Source: Octopus vulgaris
Lineage: Eukaryota
Length of the DNA stretch: 64,000 bases
Direction of reading: 5' to 3'
Assembly (NCBI GenBank): GCA_951406725.2
Contig: OX597840.1
Location: 36,952,001-37,016,000 of the forward strand
Each line of letters starts with the position of its first letter. The stretch's first letter is position 1. This document shows positions 13,026 to 25,846 of this stretch, piece by piece. Below the pieces are notes generated by a model. The model searched no databases and was not told the origin of the DNA. It worked only from the letters and a program-made list of their open reading frames with translations. The position numbers and the translations under genes are program-made.

Positions 13026-13749
13026 ATTATTAATGGTAGTGTTATAAGTAACATTAGTAGCAACAAAAGTGGAACTAGGTGAAGAGGGAGGGAAGATAAT
13101 GGAAGACGAGGAGGAAGATAATGGTAAACAGCAGGAGCCTTAATAGCAGCCTCGTCGTTTGTGTTCGTACTGTATCCATACTCTAGCGTTGGGTGGTAAT
13201 TGGCAACTTTGCAAACCGATTCCTTTTATTTTGTTTTCCATGACTTGTTTGACGTTTCGGTTATTATCAAGGAAAAAAAAGTTTTCCTTTCCCAGCAACG
13301 AATCGGTTATTGTTTACTGAAAGGCTTGTTTTATATCCGTATGAATCTGCCGTTGCGATTATAAATTGTTTTGTTCTTTCAATATTGTATATACACACTG
13401 CACTTTACATTGTTTCGCGGTGTTTGTGATTGTGTCAGATTATAAACTCTCTAAGAAATGGAAGACATATAAATGGAACAATACTCCATTGTTGTCTTGT
13501 ATTGCGTTGTTGCTTTGCCAATGCAAACAGTTGCCGTTTGTTTTTTCTTGTCTTTGTTTGTTTTTTTGTTTTTAAACCCAACTGGCAAACATCTGCCGCT
13601 GGAATCTCCGATTTACTGTTGCACAGATACGTGCTGATGCTGTTGTTGTTATTGATGTTGCTGTTGTTTATGATTTTGCTATTACCAGCGCTGCTTCTCC
13701 TGAAATATGTTATGGTTTCTGGACACAATTCACGTGTACATACCTTCAT

Positions 13750-13753
13750 ATAG

Positions 13754-13799
<46 letters not shown>

Positions 13800-14062
13800 T
13801 CATATATACACACACATAATTTCATATATATATATATATATATTTACCTATATACATATATATTCATATATATATATACACATACATATATATTCATATA
13901 TATATATACATATTCATATATATATATACATACATACAAATATATATACGCACATACATATATCCGCATATATACTCATATATATATATAGATACACTTA
14001 TATACTCATATATATATGCATACATATATATACATATACACACATATATATATATATGCATA

Positions 14063-14102
<40 letters not shown>

Positions 14103-14133
14103 TATACATATTTATATATATACACACATATTC

Positions 14134-14164
<31 letters not shown>

Positions 14165-14435
14165 CATATATATACATATTTATATATATACACACATACA
14201 TACATATTTATATATATACATACATATTCATATATCTATACATATATATACTCATCTATATATATGTATACATATTCATGTCTATATACATGCATATCCA
14301 CATACATATATACATGCATACATATTCATATATACACATATATATATGCATACATCTGTATATACATACATATATATTCATATATATTACACACACACAC
14401 TCTCTCTCTCTATATATATATGCATACATATATAT
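13750..14435. repeat. Compound (CA)n/(TA)n microsatellite
   Basis: Directly visible. Confidence 0.95.
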
Positions 14436-14992
14436 AAACGAAACAAGAAGCCTGCACTCTTTCTATGGGAAGTACAGTATGAGATTAAAATATATTTCGA
14501 CTAAAAGTTTCGCTCCTCGACTGGTCTTTCATAAATGACTTTCATGCAAATATCAACACTCACATACAAAACATTCTGTGTCTCATACACGCACACACAC
14601 ATATAAATGGGAATATCGATGCTATATATATATGTGTATGTGGGGATGAGATAAATATGGATATATAGATATATGATAGTCTAGGGATACCTTTGAACCC
14701 TTTTATTTATTTCAATTAGGGGACTGTCGTGTTGCTGAGGCACACCATGAAGTGCATATTTTTAAAAATTCTGGTTCATGTTCTATCGGTTACTTTCGCC
14801 GAACTGCTTGGTTACGGAGACTTAAAGAGGAAGCAGATAAAGTCCGATGCAGATCACCCAAAATACCATTCATACATCGATGGTTTATGCTAGGCTCTTC
14901 TGCCATAAACACCTGATCAGGGTTCTGCCAATTATTAGTCAACAAACTGAAAAGAGGCGATTCTTGCGATCAAATGTTTGTACTGTATATTT

Positions 14993-15561
14993 TTTTCTAC
15001 TCTAGGCACGAGACCTGAAACGTTGGGGAAAGGGCAATTCGATGAGATCGACCCCAGTGCATAACTGGTACTTATTTCATCGACCCCGAAAGAATGAAAA
15101 GCAAACTCGACCTTGGTGTAATTCGAACTCAGGACTAGATAGACGGAATACCTATTTCTTTATTGCCCACAGGGGGCTAAACACAAAGGGGGCACACAAG
15201 GACAGACAAACGGATTAAGTCGATTATATCAACCCCAGTGCGTAACTGGTACTTATTTAATCGACCCCGAAATGATGAAAGGCAAAGTCGACCTCGGCGG
15301 AATTTGAACTCAGAACGTAACGGCAGACGAAATACCTATTTCTTTACTACCCGCAAGGGGCTAAACACAGAGGGGACAAACAAGGAAAGACAAACAGATT
15401 AAGCCGATTACATCGACCCCAGTGTGTAACTGGTACTTATTTAAACAACCTCGAATGGATGAAAGTCGACCTCGGCGTAATTTGAACTCAGAACTAGACA
15501 GACGGAATACCGTTCAGCATTTCGCCCGGCGTGCTAACGATTCTGCCAGCTCGCCGCCTTA
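14993..15561 (-). mobile_element. SINE family C trimer (one head plus three tandem ~180-bp body units)
   Basis: Single head aaggcggcgagctggcagaatcgttagcacgccgggcgaaatgc; cgaccccagtg..taactggtacttattt occurs three times (~15050, 15232, 15415). Confidence 0.9.
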
Positions 15562-15807
15562 ATATTTGTATATTACTTCACTCCATCCACCAACATTGAC
15601 TGCACAAGTTAATTGTGTGTCGCATGTCTGAGGTTAAACAGATTGCAGATGAAGCCTTTTGCTGACGAAAGCAAAGTTCTGCCCATTCCAGGAATCGAAA
15701 CCGCGTACTTGGGATTGTTAGTGCAACAGCTTAAGCACTTGGCCAAGTGCTTCAAAGTCATATGTATATATAAACATCTATATATACATACATATATATG
15801 TTTGTAT

Positions 15808-15855
<48 letters not shown>

Positions 15856-16047
15856 TGTGTGTGTGTGTGTGTGTGTTTGTGTATACACGCGAATGTATGA
15901 ATGTGTATATGAGACTTAAGCAAAGTGAATACAATATAAATTGAAAGCATAATCTCTTTATTTGTGCGGTTAACAATATTTATTTATATATGTTAATTTT
16001 AAGAGAATAAATAAGGACACAGGGATATCCCATTAGAATTCTCCAAG

Positions 16048-16094
<47 letters not shown>

Positions 16095-16476
16095 ATTTAT
16101 ATGTGCGTGTGGATGTATGTGTGCTTATATAATTAATTTTAAAGGTAAGAAACAAAAAGTGTAGCAAAACCAAAAACAACAACAGCAATCACTACGAGTA
16201 GAACTACGGCACGCAGAGCTGTGGTAGGAAAAACCTTTTTAGCGAAGCCTTGTCGTTTATCTTCACGCTTCACTAAACTTCGTAATGCATAATTCATCAC
16301 TCGTTGTTAATTGAGAAGGAAGCTCAAGGTTTGCCAATAAACAAATAAATAAAGTTAAAAGAATATAGAAAATTATATTAATACCGAGATTGCAATAAAT
16401 ATTGAAGAAATTTCTAAATAGATTGATAGTACGCTGTGCCCATTCGCTATATTTCATATTTGATTATTAAAGTACC

Positions 16477-16514
<38 letters not shown>

Positions 16515-17024
16515 TTATGATGATGATGATGAAGAGGATAATAATAATAATATTAATAATAATAATAATAGTAATTCATTATAATGATACTCTAATGATA
16601 ATAATGATAATAATATATTGAAAAATATCTAATACTATAATTTTTAAGAATATTCCCATCACAAATTGACTCTTTGGAATTGCTTTATGCGTTTTAATGT
16701 TTGGTTTGCAGTCGAAAAGGAACGGCAAATCTTTCAGTACACACCTCACGTTCGCGTTCACATTCATTCGCTGTTTACTTCATTCAAACATGTGTGCTTG
16801 CCTACATGCACACATGTATACATACATATAAGAAAACATACAGATTTTCACGTGCGGTGACTCGAAATACTGCCCATATATATATACACAAATACATGCA
16901 AAAGTACCCTCTTGATGTTGTTGAATTTCCAACGAAGAAGCCTTGGATCTAGGTTAGAAACTGGCTTTTTCTGTACTGGTAAGAAATATTTAAATAAAAC
17001 TGAATAATAACATACATACATTGG

Positions 17025-17465
17025 GGTTGTCTACTCCTTATGTAGAGTCTGACCACCTCCTGTACCTACACCTTAGCACCATCATGGCATCTGATGTGGC
17101 TTTTTAAACCAGACAATGTATTGAAAGGACATCCACATAGATTGCACCTCTGATTTGGACCACCAATACCTGCAGATAAGTTCTGCTCTTTGTGGATCTT
17201 AAGATGTATTTTGAGGCCTCCGTTAGATTTGCAAACCTTCTGGCATACACTGCATTCAAAGGTGTGTACAGACATATAGGCAGAATAGCTGGTAGAGGTT
17301 CGTTTTCCATGGGTTCACAGATGGGATTTTAGGCCACCAAAAGACAGGCATGGTCTGTCACAGACTGTGCACACAAAAGGGTCATTGTCATTTACCTCGA
17401 TCGTAACACTTTCCTTAAATCTCTCTTGAGTCTTGCGTTATCCTTGCCTCTTCAAATGCTTTCAC
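17025..17465 (-). mobile_element. RTE-type LINE 3' end encoding three C2H2 zinc fingers
   Basis: AFEEARI..RLKRDLRK...FVCTVCDRPCLSFGGLKSHL*TH...FECSVCQKVCKSNGGLKIHLKIH...RCNLCGCPFNTLSGLKSHIRCH; 5'-truncated; flanked by (TACA)n. ORF 17066..17275 is part of it. Confidence 0.75.
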
Positions 17466-18034
17466 TCCACACACACACACATACATACATACATACATAC
17501 ATAAATAGATAAACATACACAAACGCACATATACATAAAGGATGCATAAACAGGCATAAACACACATACAAGCACAATGTGCGTGAATGAACGTATACGC
17601 ATATATATATATATATATATATATAATTATAAAGTGTAAGGGTGGATTGTTAGCAATTTTTCAGCCGAAAGGCAAAAATATATACATCACTAAAGCAACT
17701 GAGAGTGCTATTCAGTACCAATATTGCTAGAAATAAGAGTCAAAATGACTCATAGCCAGAATAATGCTGCGTCTTTTTCACTAAAAAGGAAAGCAAACTC
17801 CTTAAACTACGGGCATAGCCAGATCAGGTATTTCGCGTTTACATTAACACCCGTCAGTGGGTCTCACCTTGGGTTAAACTCAACTGCCCTTGCCAGCTTC
17901 AGGCGCTGTTGAGAACTACTGACAAGCGTTAAGGTAAACACAAAATCACTGGTGATCCGGCTATGCTCGGTGCTTAGGGAGCTAGCTCTAAATAAGACGG
18001 TGCGTTATAAGTGTATACATACACACACACCGAG

Positions 18035-18076
<42 letters not shown>

Positions 18077-18094
18077 CGAGAGAGAGAGAGAGAG

Positions 18095-18295
18095 AGTGAG
18101 AGATGTACTTGCATAGTGAGTGACTTGATCTGAGATCGTTGTGCTGGAACGAAAACAATTGCAGCGTGGAAGGTGTTTGTAAGCCATTTAAGAAACACAC
18201 AAAACCTTTAGATTCGCTTCAACATTTAAATTTAATTTGTCAAAATATTTTCGTCGCTTTGAGACCGCGACCTGTTCACTGACAAAGCTTCGTGC
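18095..18295 (-). mobile_element. PLE-type terminal fragment with a hammerhead-like fold
   Basis: Sits between microsatellites; shares sequence with 1215-1300; see finding at 18237-18285. Confidence 0.45.
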
Positions 18296-18303
18296 TTTTG
18301 TTG

Positions 18304-18343
<40 letters not shown>

Positions 18344-18369
18344 TTTTATTTTTATATATATACTTTTAT

Positions 18370-18588
18370 TTTTTACTTGTTGCAGTCATTTGGCTACGGT
18401 CATGCTAGAGAGCACAGCTATAAAAGATTTTAGTCGAACAAATCGGCTCCAGGCCTTATTCCTTTTAAGCCTTGTGCTTCTTCTATCGGTCTCTTTTGTC
18501 GAACTGCTAGTTTGCGCGGACACACTAACATCGGTCTTCAAGCGATGATGGTGGGGGACAAACACAGACAAAAAGACACATACACACA

Positions 18589-18590
<2 letters not shown>
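18370..18590 (-). mobile_element. SINE family A 3' half, diverged
   Basis: cagtcatttggctacggtcatgctagag...ttctatcggtctcttttgtcgaac. Confidence 0.75.
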
Positions 18591-18633
<43 letters not shown>

Positions 18634-18644
18634 CACACTTCTAA

Positions 18645-18902
18645 TATAAGAACAAAAACAAAAGAAAATTCTTTGCCAATATTCTGAAAAATAGACGCTA
18701 AATCGTCTAAGCACATAAAATATTTTCCCCAATCACGTGTCGAAACGAGAAAAGCGAGATAACAGAAATTCATAAAAATATAGTTATCCCCGAATCGGTT
18801 CCGATTTCTGGATTAATGCAAAAATATTTTATGTGGTAAAACGATTTAGTGTCTATTTTTCAGCATATTGGCAAAGAAACTTCTTTTTCTTTTTGCTCTT
18901 AT
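18645..18902. repeat. Inverted repeat (~80-bp arms) inside (TA)n
   Basis: tctttgccaatattctgaaaaatagacgctaaatcgt...cacataaaatatttt versus aaaatattttatgtg...acgatttagtgtctatttttcagcatattggcaaaga. Confidence 0.8.
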
Positions 18903-19494
18903 CTAAAATTATATATATATATCTATCTATCTATATATATATACTCTACACACGCATATCGTTTGTTTTGGCTTTTCTTGTAGATCTTTTTGTCACATAT
19001 GCTCTCTATGTCCTGTCTATAACACTGAATTTATTTATTATTGTCATCATCGTTTTCTACTTCACCTCTCCCTCCTCTTCTTTCTCTCCTTTTCTTCCCC
19101 TCCTCCTCGTCCTCTGCATAGTCTTCTTATCTTCTTTCCCCTCCGCCTTCTTCTGCTCCTCCTTCTTACGACAGTCGATTTCCATCATCGACAGAATGTC
19201 ATTCTTTTCCCTGCTTTAAGTTCAAAATCTCTCAGTTCCGGCGACAATTCCTTCTGTCTCATTTCCCTCTTCTTTCATCTTTATTCTTCTCTGTTATTTT
19301 TTTCTTTTAGTTCTAAATGTTTCTATTTTCTTCTTTAAATCCTTCCACTGGAATCGTTTAAAGAAATTTTCCAGCCAAGTAGGAAAGTCCACGTAATTAA
19401 CTGATAACCTCGTCACAAATCCAGACATTTTGGTCTCGTGTGTTGCAAAGGGAAAAGTGATAATCGAACATATCGATTCCAATATTTGATTTTC

Positions 19495-19701
19495 CTTTAC
19501 TTGTTTCGGTCATTTGACTGCGCCCATGCTAGAGTACCACCTTTAGTCGAACAAATCGACCCCAGGACTTATTCTTTGTAAGCCTAGTACTTATTCTATC
19601 GGGATCTTTTGTCGAGCAGCTAAGTGACGGGATGCAAATACACCAACATCGGTTGTCAAGCGATGGTTAGGGGAGGGTACAAACGTAGACACAAATAGCA
19701 A

Positions 19702-19733
<32 letters not shown>

Positions 19734-19890
19734 TTATACATATATATACGACGGGCTTCTTTCAGTTTCCGTCTACCAAATCCACTCATGGCTTTGGTAG
19801 AAGACACTTGCCCAAGGTGCCACGCAGTAAGACTGAACCTGGAACCATGTGGTTGGAAAGTAAGCTTCTTACCACACAGCCACTGCTGCG
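19495..19890 (-). mobile_element. SINE family A with internal deletion
   Basis: Reverse-complement match to 2398-2800. Confidence 0.9.
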
Positions 19891-21794
19891 ATTTAATTTT
19901 GTTAAACTGAGATCGACGACAATCAATGCTGACCTGAACAAAATTTGAAACCAGAACCACAAAATATCGCGTAAATTCCATATTAGTACCCATAATGAGC
20001 ATAAGTTAGAAAATATTGTTTAGGTACATGTGGTGTACTCTGGTGGCAGTTATTACAAGAGAAGTCATTATTTCTAGATTACTTGTGAGGTGGTTAGAAG
20101 TTTGAATTTTAAACCCTACCCTGTATCTTTTTCAACCTGTGAAGGGGGTCTGAGCTGAAGTGGCTAGACCCATGGTACTTCCATAGACGGTTCACATGCT
20201 TAGTTTTAGGACGAGACCACTTACCTTCTCGAATCCGTGTCGTCACATCGAACAGGAGATTCATCACAGTATAAGGTAAAATCCAATGGACTTCTGCAGC
20301 TTAAGTAATTGTTTCCTGGGTTATGAAACCACACTTCCACATTGGGAAAACTCGATTTCTGTACTAAAAATATTCCTGGCAACGACCGCATAGCAACGAC
20401 TACTGCCTAAAACCCGTCTTTCATCTCGTCGTCCCGTCGCAATTCTTCCAGAACTTCGAACTATCGGTTCACATTGGTTTTCACTATGAACTACCTCGCC
20501 ACCTGTGACCTAGTTTCGCTGACACCATTAAAACGCACCTGCATCAGACCGACTTACGCTTTAAACAGTCACGGGACCACAAAGACTTATTTTTTTCCGT
20601 CTTCGCTTGCAAAACCAGAGAGCCGTGTTCTAGTTCACGTCGTACGAATGAAAAATTATCTAAATATTATTTTTTCGTTCGTTACAATGTTTAATATTTG
20701 TTTTCTACTCATTACAAAGCTGTTGAATATTCTAGTCATAGGCAGCCATGTACAGCGCCGTTGAAAACGGTTTATTTGCTGGAAAGTCATGGTTCAATAC
20801 TAGGCGATATATTCGTTTTGTTCATTTATATTTTGAGTTTTACCACATATTATTTGAGACTTACTCTTCATGACTACCGCATGTGCCCATGCGCGGTGTA
20901 TAAGAATAAGTTGTGATATAAGGAAGGATTGTGTACTATTTCTAGTAAAAGGCTCCCTTTATTTCTTTGCGAAATAGTCACTATCAGGTTTAGGCTGTGA
21001 TCACGACGCTTGATATTTCAGTCTTGAACATTCACGCAGTGGCAGTCAGCCGATATGACATGCTGTTGACGTCACGGTGAAAAATGTTGCGTGTCGGACA
21101 CCTTCAGAATGTCTGAGCTTTAGCCTTCTCAGTTTCATGACATATCGCATCTTCTTCCACGTGATTTGTGAGCTAATAGTGAATGTGCCCAGACTAGTTA
21201 CGTTTAGTCAATAGATAAAGTTTATTACATATAGGCGAGAAATTTTGATTTAAACTTTGGTATTTCATATCAATATTTAGATTTATCTGGTCGTTTAAGC
21301 CGGAAGGGCAACACTTGACTAGATCTTGGAGAACACAGGTGTAAGCACTGCCCTGATATACTTTGGATGTCTGTTCACACTAAATAATTTGTGTTAAAGA
21401 ACTTAACATCACGACGTCGCGTTCAGGTTAAACCAGGCTTTTTCTTCAAGGTGTTATAATGTTTTCTTAATATGTAGCATTTTACATCCACCACAGCTGC
21501 CATTTCTTTGCCTCATTTATGTACGAATACCACGTTTGATGATGAACAAGTTCTAATCAAATTTCTCAACATATAATTCATTCAATTACCATACTTAAAG
21601 CAAACATCTGTGTAGGATTTCTTTCTCTGAATAAAGAGCCATCTTTGTAGACGAAACGCTATTTGATTCTGAACATTGAACACTTTCCTGTGTGTAGACA
21701 CAGAAAGTGATGGAGCTCGAGTTCTCATATGATTGGCACATCTTGACAAAATCTGACAGTTTTCTAAATTGTATCAACTCAGGTTACGGTCGAA

Positions 21795-22232
21795 GGATCT
21801 TTTCGGTTTGAACGGCAGTTTTTTCTAGCGGTGTCATATGAAATTGTCACCCATAATTATGACCCTAGTATCGATCTATTGCATTTCAATCTATTTTAGG
21901 GTTAGGGTTAGAGTTAGTTAAGGTTAGGATGGGGGAAGTGTATCTTTTTTTTTCTTCACAAATGTAAATAAACCCAATCTGTTTCTTAATCGCGGGACGT
22001 TTTCATACGGCACAGAATGTTTTTTACCTCAATAGACGTCAGTGATTGGTTGAAATTTCAGAAATTGAAAAAAAAAAAAAACCGACAAATATCTTACTAA
22101 CTATAGAAGTTTCTCAATAAAGCCAAGAGAAAAATATGTTTTATAAACACTTTCTACCAGTATACGAAGTTTAAAAGTGTTTTGTTACGTGGAAATTATT
22201 TTAAAAAACTGCCGTTCAAACCGAAAAGATCC
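21795..22232. mobile_element. MITE with 30-bp TIRs and 8-bp TSD (Merlin- or hAT-like)
   Basis: TIR ggatcttttcggtttgaacggcagtttttt / aaaaaactgccgttcaaaccgaaaagatcc; perfect TSD cggtcgaa at 21787-21794 and 22233-22240; internal ttaggg-like repeats. Confidence 0.92.
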
Positions 22233-22697
22233 CGGTCGAATATTGATGGATTGTATAAAAGAATTGACGCACTTATATACATCATATACACTGCTAAAAG
22301 TATATACACACTCACACAAAATGATATATACTAGCGGGACCCGTCAACATTTCACAGAATAGTAAACCTGTTGGGTTATTTCTGAAAACTTTAACCTAAA
22401 AACTTGAAAGTGAAGCCCGTTTTGTGTCTGTACCAAAAGAAAGTCGCTTATCTGCAATTTATTGAAAAATGTAGGAAATTGGAATACATGCACAGGTGGG
22501 CATGGATCCACATCTCTTGTCTACAGGAGATGTGCGTTCGAGTTCCATAATTAACTTTCGGTTGAAATTATTTCCTGTTCAATATCTTCTTCGAAATGCA
22601 AATTAATAAAGAATTATCTCACATTCTCTCGAAAATGTATGGACTTTCATGGCATCAGCAATATGTATTTATACATGCACAGACAGACACACACGTA

Positions 22698-22735
<38 letters not shown>

Positions 22736-23320
22736 TAGAAAAGTTGCAAAGAATTAATATTCATTCCTTGTCAACAATATTTATTACCTTTACACCTGTT
22801 TCAAATAGTATTTGTCACACACTTAGTTTTGTATGTTTAATCGACCCATCGGCTCATTAATTAATTCACCAAGTTTTCGGAGCTGTTAAGTACTAAACCA
22901 TTCTTTTCAAATTATTTCTGTTCGGTTTCATGTTTACCACGAGGGCAAGAGAAAGAGCGTAATAGAAACTATCTCTTAATTTATTACAATACATCAGGGT
23001 TGGCACCACTTATCAGATGCATTAATGTGTACAACGAGGAGAACGTAACAGCTTGACAATGTCTCACTCTTAATTCGTCAAGCAGTTAAGTGCAAAATAA
23101 TTTACAGTAGAAATTATTCTATTATATTCTGCAAGGGGTCAATTCATTTGACTAAAATGTGTTCAAGGTGGCCGCAGTCCAATGACTGAAAGAAGCAAAG
23201 GATAAAACCTAATGTCAAAAATACACAGTAAAACTTTGTTTATCAAGATTGTTAGGGATTTATTAATGTTGCCACAGTCGAATAATTTTACACGAAATAA
23301 AATACATTCAACAGGTGGAT

Positions 23321-23643
23321 GGAAGCACTCCGTCGGTTACAACGATGAGGGTTCCGGTTGATCCGAATCAACGGAACAGCCTGCTCGTGAAATTAACGTG
23401 TAAGTGGCTGAGCACTCCACAGACACGTGCACCCTTAACGTAGTTCTCTGGGATATTCAGCGTGACACAGAGAGTGACAAGGCCGGCCCCTTAAAATACA
23501 GGTACAACAGAAACAGGAAGTAAGAGTGACAGAAAGTTGTGGTGAAAGAGTACAGCAGGGATCACCACCATCCCCTGCCGGAGCCTCGTGGAGCTTTTAG
23601 GTGTTTTCGCTCAATAAACACTCACAACGCCCGGTCTGGGAAT
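23321..23643 (-). mobile_element. SINE family B, tail type 1, 5'-truncated
   Basis: Near-identical to 9474-9795. Confidence 0.9.
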
Positions 23644-23793
23644 ACATTCAACAGAAAAATGAGGATGGAAGAATTCTGTATTGGGATGAAAGTCTGGATG
23701 CAGAAAAATGATGCATAGAAAGGATCAAGTAGATAAGGCATGGCCGTATGGTTGAGAAACTTGTTGCACAATCACTTTGACTGAAACATTTAA

Positions 23794-24361
23794 CCCATAT
23801 ATACCCCCTGTTTGTGTTTTCGCAACGCAAAACTTGTAAAATTACTATTTTTAAATCTCCCAACGTGGGATATTCAGCTACAGTACTTTGTAGTAAAGAT
23901 TGTTTGCCAACATAACATGGTAGTCCTGGTTTAGGACTAATGTTATTGTAATTTAGCCACAGGAGACATCATCTCCAGCTGGCTATACGACACGATCTGT
24001 GGCCTTACATTTTCGAACAAGGGAATCTAATACCCTCACTCAGCTCAAAACAATATCTGTGTATCACGATGTCTGGGTTATGTCGTACAACCAGCTGGAG
24101 ACGACGTCTCCTGGGGCTAAATTACAGCAACATTAGTCCTAAACCAGGACTGCCATGTTATGTTGACAAACAATCTTTACTGCTCCTACTAGTTTGGACA
24201 GGATCTTGCCGGGAGGCACCTGACTGAGCATACGAAATGTCCAGTTGGTAGTCGACACCCGTAACTAACAGTTGCATAGTATCCTTCTCTTTCAGATTCT
24301 GAAAGCGTACCCCATAGCGTTTTATCTAAATACGGTGAATTTTTTTATGGGCATAGAGGGG
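23794..24361. mobile_element. piggyBac-like non-autonomous element (TTAA TSD, CCC...GGG ends)
   Basis: ttaa|cccatatatacc ... ggcatagagggg|ttaa; short imperfect TIRs. Confidence 0.5.
23890..24183. mobile_element. MITE with ~100-bp TIRs nested in the previous element
   Basis: agtaaagattgtttgccaacataacatggtagtcctggtttaggactaatgtt... is mirrored by ...aacattagtcctaaaccaggactgccatgttatgttgacaaacaatctttact. Confidence 0.85.
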
Positions 24362-24668
24362 TTAAAAGAGCAAAAGTGTAACTAAAACATTTCCAACGAC
24401 TGGTGAAACTTCCTTCATTATCTCTCGTTCAACAGTCCGTCTCTTTCTCTCTTAATCTTTCCCGCTCTTTCTCTACCTCTAGGTAGCTTTCTTTGCGTCT
24501 ATCTTTTTTTACCGTCTTCTCTTTAGCTCTATCACACAGACACATACACACACAAACACACCCACACACTATTTCTCTTTCCATTTCTCTGTACTTCTCT
24601 CTCTCTTTCACTCTGTATCTATCACAGACACACACACACAGATAAACACACGCATACACCACTCTCTC

Positions 24669-24700
<32 letters not shown>

Positions 24701-25806
24701 CCACACGTTCATACTCTACTGGCAAATGACCGAGTTCTTTCCTCCGCAATCCACCGAATATTCCAATTTATGCAGAAGGAAACAGACAGCTGTTAATGCC
24801 TGCAGTTATTGATATAAATTTTAGAATTAATTTTAATTTTCTAATTGATTCAAAGAACTTCAGAAAGATCAGCAGAGGCAGAAGGAGGGGGGTGTTAGAG
24901 GTTAGGGGGGAAAAACAACAACACGTAAAAGAAAACAACAACAAGACCAGAAAAACAAAATATACAACATGAAATGAGCAAAACAAATTAAAAACAATGA
25001 TAAAAAACAAATTTAATAAAAGAAAAAACAAAACAGGAAATATTAAGAAAAATAATAGAAATAATGTGAAAAATAAAATAAAAATGAATGTCTTTATGTT
25101 TTGGGAGATGTTAGAGGGGAGGGGGAGTAATTTTTATAGCAACCGAATATCGGTTGATTTTTGCGGTTTGTTACTGTAGCTTAACACACACACACACACA
25201 CACATACACACACGCACACACACACAGATATGTACATGCAAAGACATGTATACTGATATACACCAGCTTGTATACACATGCAAAGCATAAATACATGCGG
25301 ATACATATACACACAAACATACATATACACCCTCATACAACGCACAAATACAAGCATACTTAAACACATACATACGCACGAATGCATACGCAAGCCTAGA
25401 CACAAACATACCTACATATCTATAACCGCAAACACACAAAGATACAAAGGTGTACACATATATACACAAACATAACATACATACTCCTCTACACACACGC
25501 GCTCGCGCAATGCACATAGACATACACACACACACAGACACGATGCAACAAACGCACATGCACATATACATTCCCATGCATACACACACACCTGCAAAGA
25601 GGAGTGCACGCACATGCACATATGCAGGCATTACATACACCCGTGGGCACGCAGTACTGAAAACACACACAACCATACACCTAAACATGTATACACACAC
25701 ACGTCCACATGTCCTTTTAGCTAAACGTATCACAGAAGTGTAACAGGAGGCGGGGGGAGTGGAGGGGAATTCCTTCACATACTAGGAAACCACCACCACC
25801 ACCACC

Positions 25807-25846
<40 letters not shown>

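Noticed and set aside
14993-15561. CRISPR-like array
   Set aside because: Whole ~180-bp units repeat without unique spacers; eukaryotic context.
17066-17275. Cellular C2H2 zinc-finger gene
   Set aside because: No TGEKP linkers, upstream stop and frameshift, and a context matching a LINE 3' end.
21895-21928. Telomere or chromosome fusion site
   Set aside because: Short, degenerate and internal to a MITE.
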